NCBI GenBank assembly: GCA_047920975.1
Contig: JBLRXC010000003.1
Span: 1-61,725 of the forward strand
DNA: 61,725 nt
Source of the DNA: Bacteroidales bacterium
GTDB taxonomy: Bacteria; Bacteroidota; Bacteroidia; Bacteroidales; JAADJA01
Direction: 5' to 3'
Both the position numbers and the translations under genes were made by a program. Under the pieces are notes generated by a model that saw nothing but the letters and a program-made list of their open reading frames with translations, was not told the DNA's origin and ran no database searches. Position 1 is the stretch's first letter; every line of letters begins with the position of its first letter. This document shows, piece by piece, positions 44,361 to 55,492 of the stretch.

Positions 44361-45269
44361 AACACCCGCCTCCCACCTGTCCAGTTTTTTCTTTTCACCT
44401 GAAAACATGAATCCAAAAAGCAAAAAGGTACCGCCAGCCAGGAAGACTAAATCATAATGAAAGCTCTTGTTAAACTGAAGAGGCCTTATAATTGAACTCA
44501 CAGACAAGATAAGGAAGATATTGAAAATATTGGAGCCGATAATGTTACCAACCGCTATATCCACCTTTTTCTTCATGGCTGCAACCACCGAAGTGGCAAG
44601 CTCTGGCAGACTGGTTCCTGCCGCGATGATGGTCACGCCGATAACCTTCTCGCTGACACCCCAGCTTTTGGCTATTTCAACTGCATTGTCAATGACGAGC
44701 TTACCCCCAATGATCAACCCCGCCAGTCCAAGTGTGATGAATGACCATAATTTTATTTGGGAGAATTTTTTTTGTGATAACTCAATTTCAGAAGGGTCGG
44801 ATTTTAATTGCCTGTAAACATAAAAAAGAAACAACCCAAACATGATGAGCAGAATGAAGCCGTCAATTGTACCCAAAAAAGTCGTAGCTGAAGGCTTCAA
44901 ATAAAAATCTCCGGCCAGGAAAAACAACAAAACAACTGCAAACAGGGAGATGGGTATCTCCTTCCATACGGTGCCGGACTTAACGGCCAATGGTGTGATC
45001 AACCCTGCAATCCCCAGAATTAGCAACAGGTTAAAAATATTACTGCCGATCACATTTCCGAACACGATATCGTGATGCCCCTGATAAGCACCGAAACTGT
45101 TCACTACCAATTCGGGTGCTGAGGTGCCAAAAGCCACCATGGTCAGGCCGATGGCCAGATCAGAAACATGGTATTTGCGTGCAAGCGCTGAGGCCCCTTC
45201 AACAAGCCAATCGGCTCCCTTGATGAGCAAAGCAAGACCAAGGATGAGAAAAAGAAATTGCAATATCAT
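44313..45269 (-). CDS. Ca2+/Na+ antiporter (CaCA/YrbG family)
   Basis: Two alpha-repeats: GTSAPELVVN...GNVIGSNIFNLLLILG and GTSLPELATS...GNIIGSNIFNIFLILS. Confidence 0.85.
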   Translation of the reverse strand: MILQFLFLILGLALLIKGADWLVEGASALARKYHVSDLAIGLTMVAFGTSAPELVVNSFGAYQGHHDIVFGNVIGSNIFNLLLILGIAGLITPLAVKSGTVWKEIPISLFAVVLLFFLAGDFYLKPSATTFLGTIDGFILLIMFGLFLFYVYRQLKSDPSEIELSQKKFSQIKLWSFITLGLAGLIIGGKLVIDNAVEIAKSWGVSEKVIGVTIIAAGTSLPELATSVVAAMKKKVDIAVGNIIGSNIFNIFLILSVSSIIRPLQFNKSFHYDLVFLAGGTFLLFGFMFSGEKKKLDRWEAGVLLLLFMGYILYSLMI

Positions 45270-45514
45270 AAGTGTGATCCAGTCTTTCCTGCCAGATTTC
45301 TTAAAAAAGTAAAATTAGATAAAAGTTCATTACTGAGGATTACGGCCTTTGGTAAGCAAATAAAATTTCAGTGCAGGTTATCCCGGAATTATATGAACAT
45401 ACGAGGAAAGAAGTGCACAGGCATGCAAATAAACTAATTTTCGTTCATCTTTCTGCCCTGATCCGGTATTGTCTCTGTTGACTTTTACATGATGTGGTAT
45501 TTTTCCATACCACC

Positions 45515-47449
45515 TCACTCCTGAATACTTTTCCTGCCAAAAACCCTGACCACCATCACCAGCATGGCCAGACAAAATGGAAACACAATCCAGAACGGAA
45601 CACCATATGCTGAAGGAATGGTTCCCAAAAAAGTGGCCACAAGGCCAACTACCAGGGCATAAGGTAGCTGTGTCCTGACATGCTCAATATGGTTGCAGGA
45701 GCTGGACAGGGAACTGAGAATGGTGGTGTCGGAGATGGGAGAGCAGTGATCACCAAGAACCGAACCCGCGAGGACACATGCAACAACATTATGAAAGATG
45801 GCAAGGGTTTGTTCGTAATCGAATCCAAATTCGCGCGAGAGCATCCATGATGAAGGCAGGATTAAAGGATAAAGAATTGCCATGGTACCCCAGGAGGTAC
45901 CGGTTGAGAAAGCAACCAAAGCGGCCAGAATAAAGGTAATGGAAGGGATCAGATAGGGTGTGAGCCTGACCTTGATCAGCAGGCCAGAAATAAAATCGGC
46001 CGTATGCATGTGTTGGGTTAGTATGGCAATGGACCAGGCCAAAACCAGTATCAGAACAGCAGTCAGCATCGTCTTGAACCCGGATACCAGGCTTTCAACG
46101 CTTTCTTTCAGGGACATGATGCGCTGGGTAACCGTTAGGAGGACGGCTGCCACAGCACCTGCCAGTGACGCCCAGAGCAGGGCGCGAAATGAATCGGACT
46201 GCCCGATGACATTGGATAAATTCTTCAAAAACCCACTATCCTCTTCCCATGCTACTGATTGAAGACCGGTTGTGATAAGCCCTGTAATGGTCCCCAGGAT
46301 CACAATGCCCACGGGGATTACTGCATTGAACCACCGGTCCTTTTCCCCGCCTTTGAAGTGAACCGCTGCCCTGACTATCGGATGGTACGCGGGAATCCCC
46401 TCTGTTTTAACCCGCTTTTCCGCTTTAAACATCGGACCGAAATCCCGCCTGCTGAATATCAGGATGGGTAAAAAAGCCAGCGCCAGCAAAGGATAGAAAG
46501 AGTATTGCAGAGATTTCAGGAAAACATCATAGGGTGATTCATCCAGGTTCAATGTCCTGATGCCATCCTGAATATAGCTCAATTCTGCACCGATCCAGGT
46601 CGTAATAAAAGCTATGGCTGCGATTGGTGCTGCCGTAGAATCCACGATGTAACTCAGCTTTTCCCTTGAAATTTTCAGCCGGTCGGTGACAGGTCTCATG
46701 GTGTTGCCAACAACAAGCGTATTGGCATAATCGTCAAAAAATATTGATATCCCGAGGAGCCAGGTAATCAATTGTCCCGACCTGGCATTCCTGGCATATC
46801 TTGAAAGAAAATTCACCACCCCTTTCATGCCTCCGTTGTCGGAGATCAGCATCACCATAGCCCCGATCAGCATCGAAAATACAATGATGGAGAGATGAGC
46901 TGTATCATTCAGTGATTCGAGAATGTAGACATGGATTATGGCGAAAAATCCGAAAAACAATGCAGAAAAAAATGAATATCCCTGGTAAAAAGCCAGTATG
47001 AATGACCCTGTCCATATACCTAAAAACAGGGCCACAAAAACCTCCCGGAAAACCAGCGCAATCAAAATTGCAATGAGTGGTGGTAAAATAGACATCCAGA
47101 GCGGTACGGGTGTTACGCTTGCAGAAAAAAAATGATCCTTCGATGAAATCTTCAGGGTTGTAGTTTCAGTGAAGGTTGTCTTCCAGGCATAGACCCCATA
47201 TTTCAGATCTATGGCACGGAAGGTACCATCCAGATTCATTTCAACAGTTTGTTCAGGAATTTTTTCGAAGCCCGGAAAGAAGATCTCAAGTTCGGCCGGG
47301 ATATGCCGGATCAGGTTTCCGGGCATTTTAACCTCAAATACCTGTTTTGGTTCAGTGTCGGAGAATCCCTGAAGACCGAGCATCAGGAAGACCAGAAGGA
47401 GCGCTGCTGAAAAATCCCTGTACAGAAACACCGGATGATTTTTCAGCAA
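45515..47449 (-). CDS. NhaC-family Na+/H+ antiporter with ~110-aa N-terminal extracytoplasmic extension
   Basis: Polytopic, with the NhaC-like block ISIFFDDYANTLVVGNTMRPVTDRLKISREKLSYIVDSTAAP. The codon at 47449 is TTG, so the true start is uncertain. Confidence 0.75.
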   Translation of the reverse strand: MLKNHPVFLYRDFSAALLLVFLMLGLQGFSDTEPKQVFEVKMPGNLIRHIPAELEIFFPGFEKIPEQTVEMNLDGTFRAIDLKYGVYAWKTTFTETTTLKISSKDHFFSASVTPVPLWMSILPPLIAILIALVFREVFVALFLGIWTGSFILAFYQGYSFFSALFFGFFAIIHVYILESLNDTAHLSIIVFSMLIGAMVMLISDNGGMKGVVNFLSRYARNARSGQLITWLLGISIFFDDYANTLVVGNTMRPVTDRLKISREKLSYIVDSTAAPIAAIAFITTWIGAELSYIQDGIRTLNLDESPYDVFLKSLQYSFYPLLALAFLPILIFSRRDFGPMFKAEKRVKTEGIPAYHPIVRAAVHFKGGEKDRWFNAVIPVGIVILGTITGLITTGLQSVAWEEDSGFLKNLSNVIGQSDSFRALLWASLAGAVAAVLLTVTQRIMSLKESVESLVSGFKTMLTAVLILVLAWSIAILTQHMHTADFISGLLIKVRLTPYLIPSITFILAALVAFSTGTSWGTMAILYPLILPSSWMLSREFGFDYEQTLAIFHNVVACVLAGSVLGDHCSPISDTTILSSLSSSCNHIEHVRTQLPYALVVGLVATFLGTIPSAYGVPFWIVFPFCLAMLVMVVRVFGRKSIQE

Positions 47450-47464
47450 AAGTAAGGAAGAATC

Positions 47465-48793
47465 CTATTTGCCAAACAACCGGATAATGTCGTTTCCGTT
47501 GGCGAAGATCAGCAAGCCGAAAAGAATGATCATCCCGGTAATCTGTGCATACTCCATGAACTTTTCACTGGGTTTGCGGCGGGTAATGATCTCATACATC
47601 AGGAACATCACATGGCCGCCATCAAGTGCAGGGATAGGTAAAACATTCAGAATGGCCAGCATGATGGAGAGAAATGCTGTGAGTGTCCAGAAACTTGGCC
47701 AGTGCCATTTTGCCGGGAAGATACTGCCAATCGTGATAAACCCTCCAACCGATTCATACGCCTTGACCTCAGGGGAGAAGATCAGCTTCAGCTGCTTGAA
47801 ATAACTGCCAATACCGTAATAAGTCTTGGAAATGCCTGCAGGAATGGCTTCAATAAAATTATAGTTCTTTTCCCGAACCTCAAACAATTCCGACATAGTG
47901 CTCAATGGAAACACACCGATTCTGCCTTCGGGTGATACGACCATGTCAACACCAAGTGTATCGGAATTTCTGACAATAGTGACCATAACCTCCTGGTTTG
48001 GGTAATCACCAATCCTGGATAAAAATTCATCAAAGTAGAAGGTTGGCATTTCATTCAATCCGATGATCTGGTCACCCTTTTGCAAGCCGGCTTCCCTGGC
48101 AGGTGAATCTTTGGAAAAGTCATTGACATAGAAAGGGAACCGGGGGGCAATGAAATCGCCTGAGCGGTGTTTGACCAGCCTGCTCAGAAAACCTGCAGGT
48201 ACCTCCAGGTCAATCAGTTGTCCTTCGCGTTCAATCTGTATGGTTCTGGCTTCATCGAGGATCAGTTTTTCAGGAATTTTCCCGAAATTCTCGACCCGCT
48301 GGCGGTCGACGGTAACAATTTTATCACCGTTTCTGAGGCCGAGTTCAGCTCCGACAGAGTCAACAACGATACCATATTTCACATTTTCCGTGGGAAGATA
48401 ACTCTCTCCCCATACGGCAAGCATCATGATGTAGATGAGCACGGCGAGGACAATATTCATCATCACACCGCCAAGCATGATAATCAGTCGCTGCCAGGAG
48501 GGTTTGGAGCGAAATTCCCAGGGCTGAGGAGGCTGTTTCATCTGTTCCTTATCCATGGATTCATCGATCATCCCGGCAATCTTCACATATCCGCCCAGGG
48601 GCAGCCAACCCAAACCATATGTAGTTTCTCCCTTCTTAAATTTAAAAACTGAAAACCAGGGGTTGAAAAAGAGGTAAAATTTCTCAACACGGGTTTTAAA
48701 TATCCTGGCTGCAATATAATGTCCGAACTCATGGATGATTACCAGAATGGACAAACTCAGGAGTAACTGCAAAATTTTTATTACGATTTCCAT
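47465..48793 (-). CDS. rseP: RIP site-2 metalloprotease RseP
   Basis: HEFGHYIAAR (HExxH), PDZ region and NVLPIPALDGGH. Confidence 0.9.
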   Translation of the reverse strand: MEIVIKILQLLLSLSILVIIHEFGHYIAARIFKTRVEKFYLFFNPWFSVFKFKKGETTYGLGWLPLGGYVKIAGMIDESMDKEQMKQPPQPWEFRSKPSWQRLIIMLGGVMMNIVLAVLIYIMMLAVWGESYLPTENVKYGIVVDSVGAELGLRNGDKIVTVDRQRVENFGKIPEKLILDEARTIQIEREGQLIDLEVPAGFLSRLVKHRSGDFIAPRFPFYVNDFSKDSPAREAGLQKGDQIIGLNEMPTFYFDEFLSRIGDYPNQEVMVTIVRNSDTLGVDMVVSPEGRIGVFPLSTMSELFEVREKNYNFIEAIPAGISKTYYGIGSYFKQLKLIFSPEVKAYESVGGFITIGSIFPAKWHWPSFWTLTAFLSIMLAILNVLPIPALDGGHVMFLMYEIITRRKPSEKFMEYAQITGMIILFGLLIFANGNDIIRLFGK

Positions 48794-48849
48794 GAAGTGA
48801 TCTGAAGATTTAAACAGGACTAATCCAACGTCCGTATGATAAAATTGTT

Positions 48850-50016
48850 TTAATGATTGAGTCTTTTTATATATTCGGTTACTTTCACCCTTGTTTCCCG
48901 GTCGGTTTCATAATAATCACTGATTGAGGGATTACCGATAAAAGCGACTTGTTTTAACCCGGCTTCAACTATGTCGGGAATATCAGGAAACATTACCTTA
49001 TTGTGCAGGAAAGCCTGAACTCCCATTTCATTGGCTGCGTTTAATATACAGGGCATATTCCCACCCCTGTCCAGGGCATAGAAAGCGAGTGCAAGATTAC
49101 GAAATTTTTCCAAATCGGGTTTTTCAAAGTTGAATACGGAAAAGTCACTGAAGCTGAACCGGGGAAAGTTATTGGGCAGCCGTTGCGGATAACCCAGCGC
49201 AAATTGTATTGGTAACCGCATATCCGGAAGCCCCAGTTGTGCTTTCATGGCACCGTCAGTGAATTGCACCAGCGAATGAATGACAGACTGCGGATGGATG
49301 ATCACCTCAATCTGATCTTTTGAAAGCCCAAAAAGCCATTTAGCCTCAATTACTTCAAGCCCTTTGTTCATCAAAGTAGCCGAATCAATGGTGATCTTAT
49401 TACCCATCTCCCAGTTGGGATGGTTCAGGGCTTCTTCCCGTGTTACCCGCTGGAGCTGTTCAAGGGTATGTTTCCTGAAAGGCCCTCCTGAAGCTGTAAG
49501 GTATATCTTTTCAACCTGACTTGGGTCTTCACCCATCAGGCACTGGAAAATGGCTGAATGTTCCGAATCAACCGGAATGATCTCCGTTTTGGTTTGCCCC
49601 GCCAATTCAGTGATCAACCCGCCTGCTATGACCAATGACTCTTTATTTGCAAGTGCAATGCGTTTTCCTGCCTTGATTGCATTGAGGGTGGGCTTAAGCC
49701 CGGCGAAGCCCACAAGGGCAATCAGCACGATATCTATGGTTTCCATCTCCACGATTTGTGAGAGTGCCTGCTCGCCTGCAAAAACCTTTATCTGATAAGG
49801 ATGAAGGGCTTCTGAAACCTTTTGATAAAGGCAATCATGCCCAATCACCACGGCATTGGGTTTGTATCGCATGGCCTGCATTATTAGCAGGTCTGCCTGA
49901 TTTTGGGCAGTCAGAACCTCAATACAGAACCTTCCGGGGTGCTGGTCAATCACTTCAAGCGCCTGTCTGCCGATAGAACCGGTTGATCCGAGAATTGCTA
50001 CGCTGCTTTTTTTCAA
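48850..50016 (-). CDS. dxr: 1-deoxy-D-xylulose-5-phosphate reductoisomerase
   Basis: ILGSTGSIG, LANKESLV, PVDSEHSAIFQC, NHPNWEMG. The start codon at 50016 is TTG; there is no upstream in-frame ATG before the GSTGSIG loop. Confidence 0.95.
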   Translation of the reverse strand: MKKSSVAILGSTGSIGRQALEVIDQHPGRFCIEVLTAQNQADLLIMQAMRYKPNAVVIGHDCLYQKVSEALHPYQIKVFAGEQALSQIVEMETIDIVLIALVGFAGLKPTLNAIKAGKRIALANKESLVIAGGLITELAGQTKTEIIPVDSEHSAIFQCLMGEDPSQVEKIYLTASGGPFRKHTLEQLQRVTREEALNHPNWEMGNKITIDSATLMNKGLEVIEAKWLFGLSKDQIEVIIHPQSVIHSLVQFTDGAMKAQLGLPDMRLPIQFALGYPQRLPNNFPRFSFSDFSVFNFEKPDLEKFRNLALAFYALDRGGNMPCILNAANEMGVQAFLHNKVMFPDIPDIVEAGLKQVAFIGNPSISDYYETDRETRVKVTEYIKRLNH

Positions 50017-50098
50017 GATGAATGATGTTGTGGGTTAACTGCCTTTTGTCCTTGTTGCATGGGTTAGTGAGTCGTTAAAAGAAATCTGCTTCCTTCCA

Positions 50099-50989
50099 TC
50101 AAAATACCATATAATCTCTTGGATTTACAGGTGTTCCATTGTACCAGAGCTCAAAATGCAGATGCGCTCCCGAACTCAGCTCACCTGATTCACCCACGAT
50201 GGCTATGGGGTCACCTGCCCGCACAAAACTTCCCTGCTTCTTTAACAAAACAGCGTTGTGCTTGTAAACTGATATAAAGTTGCCCTGGTGCTGAATACTG
50301 ATGGTATAGCCGGTTTCAATGGTCCAATCCGAAAAAATAACCGTTCCGTCAAGGGCTGCCTTCACCGCTTCATTTTCCCTCGACACAATATCAATCCCAT
50401 AATGCTTCATTGCCAGGTCAAACTCTGCAGTGACAATCCCTTTCAGGGGAGTAAAAAACATGAAATTGTTTTTCACATTCCTGGACGCACTTAAATCTTC
50501 GGAATCATAATAGTATATGTCATAAGAGGTCTCCCGCTGATAATTTTCGCGGAGGAGAGAATCTTCTACTGATCTGGAATATTGAATGTTATCATAAGTT
50601 TGAACCGGTTGTGCCTCTGCATAAAAGATGGAATCATTTTCAAAGGCAGACCCATCAATGATCCTTCTGATGTTTTCGATGTAACCCATTTTTTGCCTGG
50701 CAACATTTTCAAGAGAGTCGGTTTTTAAAAGAAGCTCGTTGACCCTCAATGATAAGGTGACATCAGTATATCCGGGGATGTACTCCCGCAGGGGAGTGAA
50801 AGCAATTACAAAAATCGTGATGACAATCAGCAGAATGGAAGAAAACCCGACGGCAACAAAGACATTCATCCGCGATAGCCTGAATGAAAACTTCTCCTCA
50901 AAGGTTTCATCATTCAGGATTACCAGGCGATACTTATTCCTGAGTTTCCTTATCCACTTTTTTTTCTTTTTTCTCTTACTGTCAGGCAT
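50099..50989 (-). CDS. M23-family metallopeptidase, membrane anchored
   Basis: Basic N-terminus plus TM (VFVAVGFSSILLIVITIFVIAF). The C-terminal LytM domain has HYGIDI and SGAHLHFELW. Confidence 0.8.
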   Translation of the reverse strand: MPDSKRKKKKKWIRKLRNKYRLVILNDETFEEKFSFRLSRMNVFVAVGFSSILLIVITIFVIAFTPLREYIPGYTDVTLSLRVNELLLKTDSLENVARQKMGYIENIRRIIDGSAFENDSIFYAEAQPVQTYDNIQYSRSVEDSLLRENYQRETSYDIYYYDSEDLSASRNVKNNFMFFTPLKGIVTAEFDLAMKHYGIDIVSRENEAVKAALDGTVIFSDWTIETGYTISIQHQGNFISVYKHNAVLLKKQGSFVRAGDPIAIVGESGELSSGAHLHFELWYNGTPVNPRDYMVF

Positions 50990-51235
50990 CTTTATATACT
51001 ATGGAAAGAATCTGCAAAGATACCTCAAAAAAAGTCAGGGTGATGGATTGATTGGATTGCCATTGTCAATTTAACAAGGTTTAACAATAATCTGAACGTT
51101 ATCGGACAAATGTTAACAAATTTGAACACTATCACCAGGAACTATTCAAAAAAGTGAAATGAAACCCTTTGCATAACTAAGGTTTTCTAAAAATGGCATG
51201 AGTTTCGGATTTGGGGTCAACAAAAACTGATCATT

Positions 51236-53659
51236 ATGCTCAGGAACTATATACTCACCTTGTACCGCAATATTACACGGAATAGATTCTATTCTTTTCT
51301 GAATATTGCCGGCCTTTCTGTCGGAATTGCCGCCGCCACATTTATCCTGCTTTATGTACAGGATGAATTGTCGTACGACCAATACAACCTCAACCATAAA
51401 AGGATTTTCAGGATTGAATCGGACTTCTCAATCGCTGGTAAACACGATCAATTCGCAATTGTTCCGATACCAATGGGGCCTGCTTTACAGATTGAATTTC
51501 CTGAGGTGGAATCATATTGCAGGTTCTTAAACCCTGGAAACATATTGTTCAGGATTGACGAAAAAGAGTATTACGAGGAATATTTTTATTTTGCAGACTC
51601 AACTGTTTTTGAGATTTTTAGTTACGACCTGATCCTGGGTAATCCAAAAACATCTCTGACCCAACCCCGGACAGTGGTTCTTTCTGAAAAGATTGCTGAA
51701 AAGTATTTTGGCAATGAGAACCCCATTGGCAGAACTATCCAGACCGGTAGTGGCCGACAATACCAGGTAACCGGTGTTATGAAAAATCAGCCTTCAAACA
51801 GCCATCTCAGGTTCGATGCTTTGTTGTCAGGAGTATCATTGGCAGAGGACAGAGGTACAGAGGATTTTAACTCAATGGAACCTATAAGATTCTGGAATAT
51901 CGGAGTTTATACATTCCTTCTGCTGAATGAAAATGCATCCATGGATGCTATCCATGAAAAATTTGAGCCCTTTTACGAGAAATATATGAAACCCATTGGC
52001 GATCAGATCAATGCCAGCTTCAATCTGTTGTCAACACCATTATCAGAGACGCATTTCAGAAAAGGACTTGGGGCTGAATTTCCTTCCGGGAACCGGGCCT
52101 ACATTATTATATTTTCCGCTGTCGCACTTTTCCTGCTCCTGTTGGCTGCCATTAATTATATGAACATCGCAACCGCGCGCTCGGCAAACCGATCGAGGGA
52201 GGTGGGCATGAGAAAGGTTATGGGTGCATTCAGGTACCAACTGATCAAACAATTTATTGGTGAATCGGTCTTAATTTCAATCATGGCGATGTTGATTGCC
52301 ATTCTTCTGATTACGTTACTGATGCCCGAATTTAACCTGCTTGCCGGCAAAGAACTTTCGTTCAGCACAAGAGAGAACCCGGTCATTTTTTTTCAGATCC
52401 TCGCGATCACGCTGCTTACCGGTGTCATTGCAGGAAGTTACCCTGCATTTTACCTCTCATCTTTTTTACCGGTGACCGTGCTCAAAGGGTCACTCAGTAA
52501 AAGTAGTAAAAAAGCAGGATACCTGCGGAAAACCCTTGTTGTGATTCAGTTTTTCATTGCTACGATCATGATCATAGGAACCATTGTTGTTTCATCCCAA
52601 ATCAGATTTCTGAAGAACAAAGAGCTCGGATTTGACAAGAATAACCTGATTGTGATGACTATGCAGGACACAACTTTCCGCAATAAATCAGAAAGCTTTA
52701 AAAATGAACTCTTAAAAAATCCTGATATCATCTCCGTTACCAATTCGACAGGAGTACCCGGAGAAATTGAGTGGATCCAGGTTATGAGGGTCGAAAAGGA
52801 AGGGCAAATGGTTGAACATGCGATGATATTGGCACAGACCGATTACGATTTCGTGGATGTTTTCAGATTTGAAATCATTGCAGGAAGAAATTTTGACCGC
52901 CAAATGGGAACGGATCCTCAGGAAGCGGTCATTGTAAATGAAGCCACCGTCAAGCAAATGGGCTGGGGAGATGCAATTGGTAAGAAAATCCATTACGGAT
53001 GGGACCTTGACGGAACCGGTGGCAGACTCATGAAAGTAATTGGTGTCGTCAGAGATTTTCATTTCAGGTCGTTACATAACAAAATAGAACCGGTAATTGT
53101 CTTCTTAAGCGAACGTCCGGCTCATTTGATGACTGTCAGGATCGCACCTGATAAACAAAAGGAAACCATTGCCAATATTGCTGCAAAGTGGGATGAACTT
53201 CAGGCCAACAGACCTTTTGATTATTTCTTCCTTGATGAACGCCTTGATGAAATGTACCAGGCAGAAGAGAAGATCAGCCGGATCATCCTGGCGGCAGCCA
53301 TGATCACGATATTCATTGCGTTACTGGGACTGCTGGGGCTTTCGTCGTATATAACAGAACAACGAACCCGTGAAATCGGAATCAGGAAAGTTGCCGGTGC
53401 TTCGGTCAATCAAATTCTTCAACTTTTTTACAGAGAGTTTATCATCCTTATATTGCTTGCTTTTGCACTTGCTGTGCCCGTTGCATGGTGGCGGCTTGAT
53501 ATATGGCTCGAATCCAGCTTCGTTTATTATCTTGAGATGAAATGGAGTTGGTTCTTGCTGGCAGGCCTGGTTTCATTCACCATGGGTATGGGAACCGCCA
53601 GTTACTTTATCATGAGGGCAGCCACCTGTAATCCGGTAAATGCTATCAAGACTGAATAA
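51236..53659 (+). CDS. ABC transporter permease (FtsX / MacB-like, duplicated)
   Basis: 807 aa. N-terminal TM, MacB_PCD-like periplasmic domains and two FtsX 4-helix modules (REVGMRKVMGA...; REIGIRKVAGAS...). Confidence 0.85.
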   Translation: MLRNYILTLYRNITRNRFYSFLNIAGLSVGIAAATFILLYVQDELSYDQYNLNHKRIFRIESDFSIAGKHDQFAIVPIPMGPALQIEFPEVESYCRFLNPGNILFRIDEKEYYEEYFYFADSTVFEIFSYDLILGNPKTSLTQPRTVVLSEKIAEKYFGNENPIGRTIQTGSGRQYQVTGVMKNQPSNSHLRFDALLSGVSLAEDRGTEDFNSMEPIRFWNIGVYTFLLLNENASMDAIHEKFEPFYEKYMKPIGDQINASFNLLSTPLSETHFRKGLGAEFPSGNRAYIIIFSAVALFLLLLAAINYMNIATARSANRSREVGMRKVMGAFRYQLIKQFIGESVLISIMAMLIAILLITLLMPEFNLLAGKELSFSTRENPVIFFQILAITLLTGVIAGSYPAFYLSSFLPVTVLKGSLSKSSKKAGYLRKTLVVIQFFIATIMIIGTIVVSSQIRFLKNKELGFDKNNLIVMTMQDTTFRNKSESFKNELLKNPDIISVTNSTGVPGEIEWIQVMRVEKEGQMVEHAMILAQTDYDFVDVFRFEIIAGRNFDRQMGTDPQEAVIVNEATVKQMGWGDAIGKKIHYGWDLDGTGGRLMKVIGVVRDFHFRSLHNKIEPVIVFLSERPAHLMTVRIAPDKQKETIANIAAKWDELQANRPFDYFFLDERLDEMYQAEEKISRIILAAAMITIFIALLGLLGLSSYITEQRTREIGIRKVAGASVNQILQLFYREFIILILLAFALAVPVAWWRLDIWLESSFVYYLEMKWSWFLLAGLVSFTMGMGTASYFIMRAATCNPVNAIKTE

Positions 53660-53844
53660 AATGACCATTAAAAGTAAGTTTATGATATTCTTGCTTGTAT
53701 GAACTTCACGCTGAGTTTTAACAAACCCTGGCACATAAGCTTTGCGTGCGCCTTCCAATCACTCCTTGTGCAAGGGTTTAAACTTTCCTGATCATAAGAG
53801 ACCTATCCAATTATTACTATACTTTTGTAAGAAAAAAGGTCGTG

Positions 53845-54882
53845 ATGAACCAAATCATTGATTTACGTAGCGATACGGTCACAAAACCAACACCCGGAAT
53901 GCTGGAGGCCATGTTTTCGGCAAGGGTTGGCGATGATGTTTTTGGAGATGATCCAACGGTGAATGCGCTTGAACACAAAGCAGCTGCTCTTTTCGGTAGG
54001 GAAGGGGCACTTTTTTGCCCATCCGGAACCATGACCAACCAGATCGCCATGAAGGTACATACCTCTCCCGGTGATGAGGTGATCTGTGACGAAGGGTCAC
54101 ATGTCTACAGGTATGAAGGCGGGGGAATTGGCTTCAATTCGGGTTCATCGGTTAAGCTGATCAGGGGCGACAGGGGGAGAATAACAGCTGAACAGGTTCT
54201 CGGCTGCATCAATCCTGACGATATCCATCAACCCTTATCCAGGCTGGTCGTTGCTGAAAATACAGCCAACAGGGGTGGCGGAAGTTGCTATACGTTTGAT
54301 GAACTCAAAAAAATCAGTGAGCTCTGCAAAAACCATAACCTGAAATTTCACCTCGACGGCGCCCGGTTATTCAATGCCCTTGCAAAAACTGGCGAGACAC
54401 CCGGACAAGCAGGCAGGCTGTTCGACTCCATCTCCATTTGTCTTTCTAAAAGCTTAGGCGCACCCGTTGGATCCTTGCTTATCGGTGATGCATCATTTAT
54501 CCAAACATCAAGGAGAATCAGAAAGGTATTCGGAGGAGCCATGCGGCAGGCAGGTTATCTCGCGGCTGCAGGCATTTATGCCCTGGATCATCATATTGAA
54601 CGACTCAGCGAAGATCACCAGAGAGCACAGATCATTGGTGAAACCCTCAGGGCTTGTCGATTTGTGACAGAGGTTCTTCCGGTTGAAACCAATATCATCG
54701 TATTCCGGCTGAATGAAGCGTATACCCAGTCAGCCTTTCTTGAAAGACTAAAAGAGCACCAAATACTGGCGGTTGGTTTCGGACCACAGACCATCCGGTT
54801 TGTAACCCATCTCGATTTTTCTGACACGATGATGGAGCGGCTTCTGAAAGAGATCAGAACAATGGACGCTGAACAGCGGTAA
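53845..54882 (+). CDS. ltaE: low-specificity L-threonine aldolase
   Basis: [22 protein letters not shown], and [12 protein letters not shown] (PLP lysine). ATG at 53845 (the GTG at 53842 is also possible). Confidence 0.85.
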   Translation: MNQIIDLRSDTVTKPTPGMLEAMFSARVGDDVFGDDPTVNALEHKAAALFGREGALFCPSGTMTNQIAMKVHTSPGDEVICDEGSHVYRYEGGGIGFNSGSSVKLIRGDRGRITAEQVLGCINPDDIHQPLSRLVVAENTANRGGGSCYTFDELKKISELCKNHNLKFHLDGARLFNALAKTGETPGQAGRLFDSISICLSKSLGAPVGSLLIGDASFIQTSRRIRKVFGGAMRQAGYLAAAGIYALDHHIERLSEDHQRAQIIGETLRACRFVTEVLPVETNIIVFRLNEAYTQSAFLERLKEHQILAVGFGPQTIRFVTHLDFSDTMMERLLKEIRTMDAEQR

Positions 54883-55039
54883 CATATTAAAAAAGACCGG
54901 TTGTTTCCGGCAGGTTAAATATAAACCGGATGGTTGTATTATCCTTTCCTGCATCTCCCTCTTTAACAAGAATTAACAGGGGTACTGACTTTTTATATTA
55001 ATTTTGCGTTTCTTTAAATATAAATGATTCCGAACGTTC

Positions 55040-55474
55040 ATGAAGGTTAAAATTGTAAATCACTCCCCCAATCCTTTACCTGCTTATGAAACTTCAGCAT
55101 CGGCAGGAATGGACATCCGGGCGAATCTTGACACACCGGTAGTATTGAAATCCCTGGAGAGGAAACTGATACCTACCGGAATTTTTATTGAGTTGCCTGG
55201 AGGATTTGAAGCCCAGATAAGGCCGCGGAGCGGGCTTGCCATCAACAGAGGGATTACCCTGCTCAATTCGCCCGGAACCATTGATGCAGACTACCGCGGT
55301 GAAATTAAAATCATTGTTGCAAACCTGTCACCGGATGATTTTGTGATCCATAACGGTGACCGGATTGCACAAATGGTCATTGCCAAACATGAACGCGCCG
55401 AATGGATTGAGGTAAATCAACTCATGGAGACCGGACGCGGTTCCGGTGGATTTGGCAGTACAGGTACTGTTTAA
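55040..55474 (+). CDS. dut: dUTP diphosphatase
   Basis: [25 protein letters not shown], and C-terminal [10 protein letters not shown]. Confidence 0.95.
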   Translation: MKVKIVNHSPNPLPAYETSASAGMDIRANLDTPVVLKSLERKLIPTGIFIELPGGFEAQIRPRSGLAINRGITLLNSPGTIDADYRGEIKIIVANLSPDDFVIHNGDRIAQMVIAKHERAEWIEVNQLMETGRGSGGFGSTGTV

Positions 55475-55492
55475 TGCATACAAACCATACTG

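Noticed and set aside
45492-45512. Hairpin GTGGTAT-ttttcc-ATACCAC just downstream of the NhaC stop, as a possible terminator.
   Set aside because: The stem is only 7 bp and is not followed by a U-tract on the minus (coding) strand. That is too weak to call.
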